In this document: positions 49,201 through 63,129 of the stretch, in pieces
Layout: each line of letters starts with the position of its first letter
Position numbering within the stretch: the stretch's first letter is position 1
Assembly (NCBI GenBank): GCA_043228905.1
Contig: JBHGNT010000006.1
Location: 22,444,001 to 22,508,000 of the forward strand
From: Azolla caroliniana
Lineage: Eukaryota > Plantae > Polypodiophyta
Direction: 5' to 3'
Length of the DNA: 64,000 nt
Translations under genes and position numbers: made by a program
The notes under the pieces: model-generated
What the model saw: the letters and a program-made list of their open reading frames with translations, nothing else
What the model was told of the DNA's origin: nothing
Database searches by the model: none

Positions 49201-52200
49201 AACCTCTTTCCAGGCCACCCTTCAACTGAGGGTATGTCACATCTCCTTTTACAGGCATCTCACAACTAAACCCAACACTACAGTCACCCATCAAAATATC
49301 AACCTAAAATTTTGATTACACCTACCTGCATTGTCACTGGTTGCTGCTGACTAGTCATTTGAAAATATGCCTAATAAGACAAATAAGACGTCAAAAATAC
49401 CATTTACTCATGACAAAATTTAAGGATAAATATGAGTGAATATACTTCTCCATCTCATCACTTCTCACCTGTTGCGATGCTTCTTTCCCAGTTCCTTGTT
49501 CCATCTGGCTCTCAACCGGAAGCACCTGACGTTGCAATGGTTGACTGGCGTGCATCATAGTAGGCTGTTGGTTTGGTTGAGTCTCCTGCTGACGTACAGG
49601 CTGTATTGTAATCTGATGTTGCTGCATTGCCAATACTGGTTGCTGCATTGTAGTGACCACCTGTTGTGCTTGAGGATGATGTGGCATCGGACCCTGATTA
49701 TAGATCTGGCCAGTCATCTGTGGAGATGAGTATTGTCCTATGGGTGCCTGTTGTTGCTGTGATCTTGTATCACTGGGTTGTGTTAAGGCAAATTCTTGCA
49801 CAGATTGAGGTTGATAAGGATGCATGGGATGGGATAAATGCTGCTCAGATTGCAGCTGATGCAATGGTATCTGTTGAGCAAATATTTGGCCTGGCTTACG
49901 ATCATTAAAACCCTGTGATAACAAAAGCCAAAGGGCTTTTTATAGAGTTTTTTTTAAGTGAGCCATAAGACACCAAAACAAACTAAAATCAATTAAATAT
50001 GCACATGCAGAAGTTTTCAATCTGGTATAAAAATCTTTTCTTCGTTATAATCTTCCTAGTTTTCAGCTTGCGAAGTTCCAACAACTTTCAGAAATGAAAT
50101 AGAACACAGGTATACAGCACTTTCAGAAATGATGTTGACAATAGTCGATGAATCTCAAATCCAGCACATTTATATTATGGGTCTTTACACACAAATGCCT
50201 GAATCGTTCAAATTCCATAGCAAACATTGATCATATGATTGTGATCTAAAATTAGAGTATGAACATTCAACTGAAACAATTTAATCTCTTGCTAAAGAGA
50301 TGTGTCCTTACCTGCTGGTGTGAGAGCTGAGGACTCATCCCTGGTATAGGAAGTGAACCCGAAATGGATGGATTTGCTGGAATGGGCGCATTAGCAACCC
50401 TCATACCCTGTATACAGAGTACTATATAACTAAGAAACCTTAAAATGAATCTAAGGTTAAAAAAATAGATGCCGACGTGTAAAGAAACTTCTGTAGATTT
50501 GATTACTAAAATGAGATCTAGATGTCCATAAATGAGAAAGAGCATTAGAAAGTAGCAGGTCTGTTACACCCACAAGTTTCGATGGCTTTAGCAGTAAAGA
50601 AGTTTTGATAGATGCTAGTAGTAAAGGAGAGACTGGCCAGTATGAACACAACCACATCCTAGCGGGCATCAGTGAATAAGGCTCACTTCATTATTTTGCA
50701 GATAAGTTGTGTGAATCATCAACAGACTATGGCCTATTGTCGTCCAGTCAATGCAGGGGCTAGCCTGCTAATGGTGAGCAGGAAACCAACCAAAATGTCT
50801 GGCGCTTAGCAGTCCCCATGAACTTCCAGTAGAAAAACAACCATCTCTAGAACTATGATGCACTAATCACCATTATCCAAACTGAGCCAAAGAAGTCTCT
50901 AGAAATACTTTTCCACAAAAATTAGTCCATCCAATTGCTTTTACAAAATGGACAACAAGGTTGTGGTTCTATCCAAATTTCAAAATAAAGGATATGGAAG
51001 ACAGGGCGATTAAAGGATATGGAAGACACACTGAGCCAAAGAAATCTCTAGGAATACTTTTCCACGAAAATTAGTCCATCCAATTGCTTTTACAAAATGG
51101 GCAACAACGTTGTGGTTCTATGCAAATTTCGAAAGAGCTTAGAAATTTAACTTTGACTGCAGTTGAACTGCTATATGGATGCATTCTAGGCAGAAATAAA
51201 ACATTAAAACTGCTAATTTATACATAGAAATTAATTTCTAATAATTTACCATTGGCATGCTAGGGCCTTCCGATGGTCTACGAGGAGAGGGTGATATTGG
51301 TGTTCCCAAAGGTGGTATTCCTGTCTGAGGTGTCAGCCCCATGCCACCTGGACCTCCCCCTTGATGCCAACCATATATCGGACTGCATGCATCCATTGGT
51401 GGTCCACCAGAACCTCTACAACATATGAAAGTACAAATATTAAAACTAAATCAAACTGAGAGATAATATTATAAAGAATGTACTAAACAGGAATCCATAG
51501 TACCTAGGTCCTCCAGGTCCTTGATGTGAACGAGGACTATAATTTGTTCCTGGGCCTCCAAACCTAGACAATTTTTGTATTGAGAAAACACCATCCCGAA
51601 GAAACCTTATAGTTATAAGATGTGTAATTGATCTGACAAGTTCAGTACCTTTGGTCCCCCGATCTAGGTCTCTTTGGATCAGCAAAACGAACAATAATGG
51701 GCTGGCGACATCCCTGAAAATCCATAGTATAGTAGGTCAATGTGATAGCACATGGCAGTATTTTTATACCTTGTCATATTGTACACTTATAAACTTACAT
51801 CCATACGAAAGACTCCATTTAACGCAGATATGGCTGCAATGGCCATGTCCCTATCGGGGAAAGTGACAAAAGCACAACCTGAACATAACAAGACAGGACT
51901 CAGCCAACAGTCCCATATTTGAGAAACCTTCATCTTTACTCAATTATGACCATTTCTGTGATTCTATTCTCTCTAATTGAGAACCTTTCAACATGCATCT
52001 CATTAGACTACTTTTATTTCAACATAAGATTGCCTTTTCACATGAAACACCATAAGGTCACAGGTCAGAAACATGTGCTCTTTTCTCATGAAAATGGTTC
52101 AAGTGCCTCTTGGATAGCAGCTTTGCCCTCTTCTGTTTTTGGGGCATCTCCCTTTTATACATACCTCTGCTTTGCTTGTGCTCATCCCGAATGACATAGA

Positions 52201-55200
52201 TATTCTCCACTCGGCCATAAGGTGCAAAGATCTGCAAATGATTGAATTAAATAAAGTAAATACAACCATAACATGTATACAATCCATCCAGAAAAAATGC
52301 CACGTGTAGAATTCAGGAATCCAGATCCCCATACAAAGTACAGATGAGGATGCAGAAAAAGGGAGTGCAGATATGAGGATCAAAGTTCCTTGACGATAAA
52401 TACTTCAATGTGACATGATTGGATAAAGTTATACAACATATATTTGTTAACACACATACATATCATACTGTTGGCGCCTGAGGAATTAAAATGTAAGCAT
52501 TCTTGATGACTAGATGTTCTAATAGTCTCAGCACTCTGCATGCAATCCTCTGACCTCTAAATTGTGTTTTGAGTTTTCACATTGCTGGAGCCTTAGAAAT
52601 CAACGTATTTGACTACTCTTGATGATTAGATGTTCTAAGAATCCTTGGGACTCCACACACAAACCTCAGGACTCCACCTGGGTTCTAAGTTCATAATGTT
52701 GGAGCCTTAAAAATTAACCTATGGGCACTCTTGATGACTAGATGTTCTAATAATCCTCAGCATGTGCGATCACTCTCTAGATGTCCAAAGCTTATACCGT
52801 GTTTTTAATTTAAAAGTTCATTAAGTTATTTGGCCTCCCCAACCATCTTGCTTGGTCTTTCTAGACATCTCCAAGTCATCATAACAAACTGTTCTTATTC
52901 TAAAAGCCACTAATCACGAAAGTTTTCACATGTCAAGAATGCTTGAAACTGTCAATAAACAGCAATTCAGTCATAGTTAAACTACCCACAGAAAATTCCC
53001 AGTTTACAATAAAGAGTACCTCTTCGATTTCTTGTTCTGTTGCCTGCTTATTCAGTGATCCCACAAATAGTTTATGTTCCATTGGCCCTATGAACGCCAA
53101 ACAATAAAAACATTTCTTGTTATTGAAAATCATTTCAGATTCAGCTTATGAATCAAAATGCAAATTTACCAGAACGATCTCTTTCACTATCTGCAAACTT
53201 CACTTGCAAAGGTGCAGACCCCTGTTTAAATGATAAAACAAAAAAAGGGAAATCTTTTAGATCTTTCTATCTAACTCTTGATAGTAAAAAAACAAACGAA
53301 ACTAGAATAATATTGCAAATCCAACCCTACCCCTGGTAGGGTTTGTTTGTTATCCAATTCCCGAATTGCTCTCTCAGCTTCAACAGATGTTGCATACTTT
53401 ATGAAGCAACAACCTGAACAAAAAGAGGCACAGATTAAGTGCTCGGATTGTATGATGCATACATACTCTTCCCTTTTATCCGATTAGTATGTTCCAATAA
53501 TCAAGTACAATGGTTTCAACCATATGCTACAGAAGTTGTCAAAAAAATTGGAAGAGGCTAATAGAACTCTTTTATGATAACCTTAACACCCCCTGCACTA
53601 TTATTACGATTGATTATACCACTGTCCATATTTTGAGTATCAGGAGTAACAATTGCAGATGCAAGAGTTGAAATCTACATAGTTCTTTTTGCAAGCCACA
53701 ATATAAAAAATTGCTCACCACACGTGAAAATCATAGGATGATGTAAAAGAATATCTCAGCATAGATCCATATGACATTCTCATAAGACAAGTAAAACAAT
53801 ACATGAGACATTAATATTTGCAATTGTGAGCCAAAACAAGTACCAAACTGATAGATGAAATGCATAACCCATATTCCGGTTAAACACACTCCAATATAAA
53901 GAAACTACTGCCATTGATGAATCATGAGACATAAAAGAAGCATAAATTTATTGAACGTTTTTTAGAAGAGTAAAAAATAACACTAGACATGAATATAGAA
54001 CCCATTTAATATCTAATCATTTGGAAACGTTATTACCTTTTAAATGGAAATGCAGAAGACACATACTCTGATAAACCACTTCAATGGGTATACTTTAAAA
54101 TCAAAGTTTTGTTACCACTAACGATATATACCAAAAAAGTATATGGGTTCAGTGGCCATATGCGAAATCCTCAAAATCATGATTCAGAAGAAGGAACCCC
54201 ACTCTTCTTCGTTAAATATTTAGCTGAATCGAATAAGTGTTTGCCAGGGAAACGTCACAATTAATTTAACAAGAGACTATTCTATTCAGCCTTCATGTCT
54301 ACAGTTCAGTGCCGCTTCAAAAAACTGGATCATACCTTGCGGCAACCCTGTCACTTTATCTTTCAAAAAAACCACCTCTATAACATTGCCATATGCACCA
54401 AACAATCCCCGTACCTGTGAACACAAAACATGATTGACAAACACAAAAACTGCCACTCCAACTGAAAAGGGGAACAACTGGCTATGACAAAAATATTTGA
54501 ATTAAACTTAGAATAAAGCTGCAGTGACAAAAACAACTTTTGTGCAAAATAGCAATTAGTTTCCACGTTGAATAATCAGTTTGTACAACTAGAAGTTTTG
54601 CAATGCAATGCAGAAACTAATTCATACATAAACAAAGGCATATTTGAAGTCAAAACCACAGGCATGAACATTAAATTCAATCCATAATATAACAAGAAAT
54701 GTATATGTATTAAATAAATTATAATCATTCTTTCTGAAACAACGAATTGCCAATTTCAGTTTTTAATCAGATTTAATCCGCAAAACAGCATAAAAATCCT
54801 ACTGAATCGCTTGGAGTCCTTTTCCCAGTTGATCAAATTGATAATCTATTGTCTTCTAAACATCATATTTAACACATAAATGAAATGAGTTGCGTAATAA
54901 TTTGTATGTTCTAATTGGTGTACTCACATCACAGACCCTTCAACAATTATTATGAATAATGTAAACAAATATGAGATAAAAATGTCTGCTCTTTCTTCAT
55001 AATGTAGTTGGTAAGGTATTGCATCAATACGAGGCACAGATTTAGCAATAATTTTTGAGATTGATTTTACTAACTGGACAAAGAGAAATTCTACAAGCAT
55101 ACAATATTGGTCTAGTTATGCATATATATGTCCCACATGAAACCAATATGACACAAGGAGAAGGGATATAAATGAATCACATCAAACTTGCTTCAAATTT

Positions 55201-58200
55201 TCAAATTAAGATTTCCAATCAGAATGACAAATAAGAACCTTGCACAGCATCTGATTAATCGTTATGTACATATAGCATCATATTAAGTCCTTACAGGTCA
55301 CATAAAGAGAACACACAAGAATAGTTAAAGCTAAGTGAAAAGCAGTTATACTTTTCATACAGACACATTAACTAGGAGCATTGCAACGAAGTATTAATTA
55401 AGGATCACATAATCCAAAATGTTTTCTGTTGCCAATAGACATTAGGCAAAGAAAAGACTGGCATAATCAACATAAATTTATTCAAGAATCCACAAGACCA
55501 CATCATTTTCAATGATATGGGCTAAAAGTCTGATTTTTGAGAAACACAAAATAAATTAGCTTCTGTATCGTTAACTATGCATAACAGATGTTGCATAGTA
55601 TTGTTCAATAAGATTTCAATCAACCATTTAATGGTGTAGCGATTGAAATCTGAAGAACACTATATTCAAGTACAAAATCCTGGACCATTAAATGTCCTGC
55701 ACCATCTTAGGAAGCATGGAAATTGATATGGATGTAAATATGAAACGAGACCTTACTAGCAAGTTGGCGATACAACTTTGATATAACTACAAAATTTTGA
55801 TTCCCTCCCATCTTTAACCTCACATAAGGTGAACAGTGAGGCCTCTATAGATCACATAAGATGGAATTACACCTAAATTTTGAATAATAGCAATTTAATT
55901 TAAAATATTACATAGATAATTAATTGTATTCACACCCTATAATAGACTACTAGCACATCACATTGCTATGAAACTGAAAATCTGCATTGTCAAAGAATAA
56001 TATATTGCCACATGGAATCAAGAAACAAGGCTTTTTTAAAGCATATAAGCTGCAAACGTTTGAAAAGTAACTATTCATTGCTGAAAGGTTGCATTCTCTT
56101 AAGTTACACAAAATCTATTTTATCAAAAATTATAAGATCACAAAAGAACAAGAAATGAGGATTTTATAAATAACATAAGATGGACACATGAATTGAATTA
56201 TGGAAAATACCAATTCTGTTTTGTACACAGACTAAAATCCTGCAGCCAACAAATATTGAAAGATATAAGACTATGCACAGAAAGTATTGTGACTAATTTG
56301 TATCTTTCATAACCCAACAAATTTCTTCCTTTAACAGCTAACTCATGAGTTAACACTCCACAAAAAAATCATTCAGATACACTTTCACTTTCAAAAAAAA
56401 TAACACTTTAAGGGCATTCAATAATAGTTCATGATATAAAAAGAACAGATATGATTCCAATTAAATGCAAGACAACAAAATTAATAATCAATAGTTAACA
56501 TTAAAATATTAGACTCCCATTGTAAATTTATGAAAAATCATTATCTCTTCAGGAGAAAATGGTCCATGGAAACAAATCTTTATTCCATCACTTACATTAG
56601 GAAGTGAATATTTAATAGATTCCCTCAGCTGTTCTAGCAAGGTATTTGCACCAATTCTAATATTTGGAATTAAAATTCAAAAAACTTTGCTGGCTTTTGT
56701 GAATCATGGTATACTATGCATTAAAATATATAATGAATGCATCTTTTCCATGTCAAATCTTCCAATCAGGAACTTTCGGCCACTGGATGTTATGATGTTA
56801 TGAATGCCACTCAAAATTTCTATAACTTTAAATTGACGGCCTTATATGTTACTCAAAAGTAGTCAAATACTTCCTTGAGATGCAATACAACTTTCAACAA
56901 AAATCTTATAAAGTAGTGAGTGGCATCATACATAATGCAGCCACTCACTACTCAGTTCTAATATCATAAAATATAGGAGTGTGAAGGATTTATGTCATAT
57001 CAAATAATAAGACAATATATACACATGCTCCCATATCGTATCATTGCACTCCTAGGCATGCTAGAAACTAAAAATATTCTGCCCACGGTTCACCCAACAT
57101 GATTTGACTTCAATGTGTCAACAAAGCTACAACATAGGTCCCATAAACAGCCAAAGGTAGAAAAAGAAGGGTCTGTCATCTCCCACAAATCTCATGTGAA
57201 AATCAAGATTGTGTAAGGCCAAATATTCATCACATTTAAGACAAATAGTTTGAATGCTCTTCAACTTATCTCATATAATTCACTGTTATACTTGGAGATA
57301 ATATATATTTCCATATGCACAACCTTATTACAAATAATGATGAATATAAACCACAAAAATTGTACCATAGACAGGTCAGGCAATATGCAACAGTAGATAG
57401 ACGTTTCTGCGTTATTATTCTTAAATATATCAAAAAACTGTGACGATGTATGTTTTCGGATGGGGCATAATTTTATATACAATTATATTGAAAATTCCAG
57501 GTCAGTATCTGTTTACGCGTAGTCAGCTTTTTCTAATGAGTTCAGAGAGTATTGTCAATGAAAGTGATGGTTCTGAGCAATCTTTTGAACCCTAGGATAA
57601 AAAGGGAACGCGATCAAGGTATACACTTTGATTTGAATCTTGAATGAATCATAATCTCTACGATGTTCTTTGGCTGCAAGAAATCTCCTCACGCACATTT
57701 CAATCATGGACCCAGATGTTCATCACTATTGTGGCATGCACCCTTCCAATGGTAACATGATCATTCAATAGTCTGGTTTTGGCATGCTTAAAAGGAAGAC
57801 TGAGATGCAGTACCTACATTCTAAAACCCTAAACTAGTATAGCATTGCTTTTGCAAAGTCTTCAATGAAAGAAAAAAGAAAGCATAAATACCTCATCTTC
57901 AGAGATCTTAGGTGGTAGCGAGCCAACAAAAAGTTTTGCAACCCCCCCTCCATCTGCTGCCATCACAAAGAATCCAAATACAGAGAAAAGTGAGATGAAT
58001 CAGGTTTTGAACAAAGATTGCAATGTTATAACAAGTGCAGAAATCATGCGAACTGATAATTTTAGGGTCAGAACATCACAGGGAACCCCAACATGCAGAA
58101 ATCCAGAAGTCAAATCACCTAAATACAGAATAAAGTGAGACGAATCCAGGTTGAACAAACATTGCAGTGTCATAGCAAGTGCAGAAATCAAGTGAAGTGA

Positions 58201-60005
58201 TAAATTTAGGGTCAGGTCATCACAGGGAACTCTGACATGCAGAAATCAAGCAAAGTCAAAATTACCCAAATCCAGAGTGACGTGAGATGAATCAGGGTTG
58301 GCACAATAATTGCAGTGCTATGGCAACTGTGAAAATCAAGTGAAGTGATAAATTTAAGGTTCAGTAACCACAGCGGACCCCAGTGTGAAGAAACATGCAG
58401 AGACAAATCAAATAAGAGTAAGGTCTGTTATCATCACGGAGACACCAAATGCATAGGTAAGCACGAAAAGAGAGAAAAAGACAAATACAGAGAAATTTGT
58501 GATCCAGACAAGATCACAAATACAGATAAAACGCCAAACTGCATGGAAAAACAAAAGTGTTACCCACGTACACTAAAGATAGAGTGAATAACGAGTGGCC
58601 CAATCATTTCAGTTGCACATGCCGAAATTCGGAAAATAAAAGTGGCAGAGAGGTTCAACATATGAACAAAGATCTAGATAAAAGAAATGAGATGAATAAA
58701 AGAAAAATATGTATGGCTAGGCTTCAATAAGCACATGCAGAAATCAACACTAAAAATACAAGAAAAAACATCTCCAAAGAATAGTTGGCATACAATACGC
58801 ATAGAATACTGCGTAAAGTATTCTACCATTTCTGTAAAATACTTCGAATATGTATTCTACAAATAAAATACATTACATACGTAGAACACTTGTAAAATAA
58901 ATTAAATACTTCTTAAATAGTAAAGTTTTTGAAAAAATAATATTTTCTTTATTTATTTGTCTTTTCAGAAACGCTAAATACTTGTAAAATACGTAGATTA
59001 TGTGAAAAAATATAAAATGGCAGTTCTAAAACGTAGAATACATGTAGAATACTTCAAAGTATTCTAAAATGTTCTCTAAACAAAAAAAATACACGTTTTT
59101 TAAAACTACAAAAAAATGGTTACGGTTTTAATAATCTATGCAGAAATCAAGATACAGAAATTGAATTTAGGCTGAAGTCTTAAGAGGCATATGAAGAAAT
59201 CAATACATGGAATGAAATAAATATTAGGGGCAAGGGTTCAGGAACCATATTTCGAACACAATTGCGAGGAATGACATAAAGTGAAATTAGGATTGGTCTT
59301 AGCAATGCCTTAGTGGAAATCACGAAGCAGTCAAATGCAAAAATTGAGTTTATAATTTACATAAGCAAATGCAGAAATCAAAACAAAACATCGGATAAGA
59401 ATCAAATTTTAAGTTAGGATTAAGATTTTAGGAAGCATATTGCAGAGCTAAAGCAAAACGAGATACAAAAAATAATAATTAGCATTTCACAAACATATGC
59501 ATAAATCAAGAAAAACTAGTTACCTGAATTAAATTGGGGTGAAGGCCAAGCAAGCGTGCATATGCAGAAATCAACAAATACAATGAGAAAAAGTTTAGGT
59601 TTAGATTTTAGGAAGCATATGCAATTTACCAAGAAAGAGCAAAACACAAAAATAAAATAAAAATCAGGGATAAAGTTGAGGGCCATATGCAGAAAACAGG
59701 GAAGAAAAAAGAGATAAAAAAACATAGCTTCAAAAGAATGCTGAGTAAACAAGCACAGAAGGAAATATTAAGATAAATACTAACAAAGAAATATATATAT
59801 TAAGAGTTAGGGTTTTAGCAAAACCTGGAGAGCGATGGTGGTTAAAGGTTCGTTTCTGCCCTGACAGGGGAGGACCCATGTGAGGATGCGGCAGAGGTCG
59901 AGGGTGGGGAGAATCTCCGCCATTGCCGGCCCCGTTTTCTCTGAATCCGCTCTGGGGGTAGAAGGGAGGAGGAGCGAACTGGTGATGGGGGCGACGACCT
60001 TCCAT
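46209..60005 (-). CDS. FCA: FCA-like RNA-binding protein (2 RRM + Q-rich low-complexity regions + WW), ~764 aa, 21 coding exons
   Basis: Exons 60005-59825, 57956-57892, 54414-54336, 53413-53331, 53221-53170, 53087-53020, 52231-52165, 51878-51799, 51713-51649, 51563-51504, 51415-51250, 50407-50312, 49912-49469, 49370-49326, 48920-48750, 48676-48335, 47908-47861, 47779-47729, 46875-46795, 46711-46669 and 46216-46209 total 2295 nt in frame. KLFVGSL twice, [45 protein letters not shown], C-terminal QEWMWK. The small Q-rich exons are less certain. Confidence 0.9.
48030..48296. mobile_element. Possible degenerate MITE in an FCA intron
   Basis: Inverted match TTTATTCCCCCCAATGC (~48048) / GCATTGGGGAAATAAA (~48250); GGGAA...TTCCC ends; no clear TSD. 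Confidence 0.4.
50881..51134. repeat. ~105-bp direct duplication (period ~149) in FCA intron 11
   Basis: ACTGAGCCAAAGAA...CAAATTTC at 50881 and 51030. Confidence 0.9.
52497..52765. repeat. Degenerate ~115-bp tandem repeat (about 2.3 copies) in FCA intron 6
   Basis: TCTTGATGA(C/T)TAGATGTTCTAA at 52501, 52617 and 52729. Confidence 0.85.
57962..58400. repeat. ~146-bp degenerate tandem repeat (3 copies) abutting the FCA exon 2 acceptor
   Basis: AAATACAGA...GTGAGATGAATC...TTTAGGGTCAG units start at ~57976, 58121 and 58268. Confidence 0.85.
58790..59140. mobile_element. Possible truncated hAT-like MITE in FCA intron 1
   Basis: Right end ...TAATAATCTATG resembles the ATCTATG terminus of the MITE at 36952-37657; repeated GTAGAATAC/GTATTCTAC motifs; left TIR and TSD not found. 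Confidence 0.4.
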
Positions 60006-60242
60006 GAGAGAGACAGACAGACAGACAGAGCAGAGCAGAGCACAGAGACAGAGCAGAGAACAGAGGAGAAGAAAACTGAGGGTTTTTCTTCTGTTCTCTC
60101 TGTTGTTAAATAATATACATACATATGTATGTATGTATATGTTCTCTCTGTTTTAACACTATGTGTTTGTTACTACGCAACACACACAAAGAAAGGCTAC
60201 AACAAAAGCATGAAGGTTCTCTCTTGAGGATACATTGCACTC

Positions 60243-60596
60243 CTTGGCCTGACTTGACTTGACTTGACTTGGTTTGGCTTGGTTTGGCTTGGCTTGACTT
60301 GGCTTGACTTGGTTTGGCTTGGCTTGACTTGTCTTAACTTGTCTTGACTTGACTTGACTTGACTTGACTTGGCTTGGCTTGGGTTGGCTTGGCTTGACTT
60401 GACTTGACTTGACTTGGCATGGCTTGGCTTGGCTTGGCTTGACTTGCCTTGCCTTGCCTTGCCTTGTCTTGCCTTGACTTGACTTGGTTTGGCTTGGCTT
60501 GACTGGGCTTGACTTGCCTTGCCTTGCCTTGACTTGCCTTGACTTGACTTGACTTGGTTTGGCTTGCCTTGACTTGGCTTGGCTTGGCTTGGCTTC
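60243..60596. repeat. Pentamer array (CTTGA/CTTGG/CTTGC)n, about 70 units, upstream of FCA
   Basis: Visible directly; produces the spurious ORFs 60159-60689 and 60197-60715. Confidence 0.97.
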
Positions 60597-63129
60597 ACTG
60601 ACTCCCCATGGAGATTGGTTGTATTGAGATTTTGGTGGTTTGAGGATGTCAATCCATCCATCTCCCCTCTTGCCAAACCTCTCTTGCATTTCCTACGTTG
60701 TTGATATATATCCATCGAGCAAGGGACTCGGAAAGCCTCAGCTTGAGTTATTTTTCACATCGAACTTAAGAGAGTGAAGGATTTATTATTATACTCGTTT
60801 GGAGGTCAACTCTGACCTATGAACCCAATAGGGAATCGTTTTCACGTAGTATGCATGGAATTGTGGAGTGACTCTTGATGTTCAAGAATTTTACTAAAAA
60901 ACATTGCAATTGAGCGGAATGTTTGTAGGCAAGTGGTTCGTGGACTATGAAAAGCAAACTTAAATGCACAAAGAAGGGGGATGGAGCAACATGATTGTGA
61001 TTAAATGTATTAATGTCAATGAGAGGGGGGAGGGGACTAGCTATATGGAGAGAAACTTCAGGTTTTTTTTTCCGGACACAATTCTCACAATGTTGTAGAG
61101 TTAATTATAGATTTGGTACAATTATTATGGTATCGTGTAGTCATATGTCTACACCTAGCGAGTCCTCATTACGATCGAATAAAATTCACCGTACTATCGT
61201 GTACAAGTCACACAAGCAATGAAAGAGTAAACATATTCAATATATTCTAATCCATACATTAGACATACACGAAGTTTCAACATATAAATATGTCAAAAGG
61301 AGAAGAATAATTATAAAGCCAAAGTGTTATTTTCATATAGCTTGACAGACCATCATTTAGAAAAACTCATATGTTGTAGCTAGCACACATCGAGTGCAAT
61401 TCCAAGGATGATCGCGAATACAATTGTCAAGTGCCTATTGTACATAGCACAACCCATGAAGGCATTGCCATGACACTAAAGGCTAAGTGTGGGACAAAGA
61501 GAAAGGGTAACAAAACAAAGTAGATATGGAGCTTTGAGCCAAATGGTCACCCCAATGTGAAAAGGGACAACCAAGTTGTTTGTTGATTATTGTATCATTT
61601 TTAAGCTTTTAGGTAATAAGTTACCTTAAATGAGTCTTTAAGCATCCCAATATATATTTGGAACACAATGAATGTAATCTCCCACTTATAAATGGCATGT
61701 AGATCCCCTTATACACATCAAACACTTATTATTCACGAACACTTACGTGCAGACACAAATGGTTCCATACATGCTTACATAGTTTTATGTACACATACAC
61801 CAACCATGAATATTAATGTACCCACTTATAATCACATGCAAGTATGCACACGCTCGCTTGATCACATAATTATATGAACACGTTCACCTTATACTCATTG
61901 CAGACTTTAAGGAGTAATAGCCACAAACCCATCTTCTTTGGCTCGAGATTCTCTGTAGTCCTCCTACTTTCCCACATTTATTCTCCATTTTCGTGATGCC
62001 ACTAAACACCATGGTTATGAATTTGCAATATTGATCTGAGGCCTCAAAGTTGCTACAACAAGCCTCAAACAAACTCGATGCAAAAGACGAGCCCACAAAC
62101 TAGTTGTTAGGTACACAAACACCCATGAGCAACTTGTCAACCTCACCACATAAAAGTGCACATCAATTGACACATTGCAAGACAGGCTACATGAACCTCG
62201 TATATCACATGCTCCTAATCTATAAGCCAAGTTGTTGAGGTCCTAAAGAAAGAGGTAAATGAATTTTTACATTAATACTAGTAAGAGTAGATCGAAGAGA
62301 AGACCAAGTTTTATCAATTAATCTATCAACATGCTCATAAGATGTACAAAAAGGAGACTAAGAAAGAAGGGGTTATGAATATCCTTATTATTATGATTTG
62401 TTTACAAACTTGAAATTTTGTGATGTTGAACTTTAGGATTCACTTTGCAATGTTTATAGTTTAACATCATATTATGTTGCAAAAACAACACCAAAAATCT
62501 GTAAGTGTTGTTTAGTGTCACTTGTAGCGTGACACGTTTATTAAAATGTTCTTAAAACTATTGCGGTGCCAATGGCCTCTTATGTTGTGGAAGTTGTCTA
62601 CGATCATCAAAACAACCGCTTTTCCAAAAATGCTAAATTCCTGAGTTCAGAACAAGCTTGATAGTTATAGTAATTTATATGTATCTCCTAGGGACACAAC
62701 ACGAAAAGTAGAAGCTATTTTTTACACTATTATACAATACATATTGTAGAATTTGCGTTTGATTATCAAAAGCAAGTTCTTTAGGGTCTCACTGATCTAC
62801 TCTTGATGGTAGAGAATAGCTTTGAATAATATGTGCATTCTAACAAATTTATTCCATTTGTATTGATAGTTTTGCCCAATATATCTTAACACTTAAAGCA
62901 TATTGCGCCATTATGTTCGTCTTACTCAATATCCATGTGATCTGAAAATACTATAAAAAAAATCAATTTGTATGATGCATTTCTCTTTTGAGACAATCAT
63001 CCACACGCCCCCTAGTGACTCTTTTAACTTAAGATTTTGAGGTACTACCATGGTACACTAATAAAGATTGCGAATTTTGGAGTTAGTGATACTTCAAGGC
63101 TACTTGTCCATAAGTAAAATAGATCTCAT

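Noticed and set aside
49436-49908. Plus-strand ORFs opposite the FCA Q-rich exons
   Set aside because: Antisense shadows of CAG/CAA-rich coding sequence.
52497-52765. TGATGA...CTGA units as a C/D snoRNA cluster or CRISPR-like array
   Set aside because: Antisense to the host gene, no terminal stems or consistent D box, and the intervening sequences resemble each other; eukaryotic context with no cas genes.
60159-60715. 172-176 aa ORFs with KPSQA/KSSQV repeats
   Set aside because: Translation of the pentamer array; no splice or domain support.
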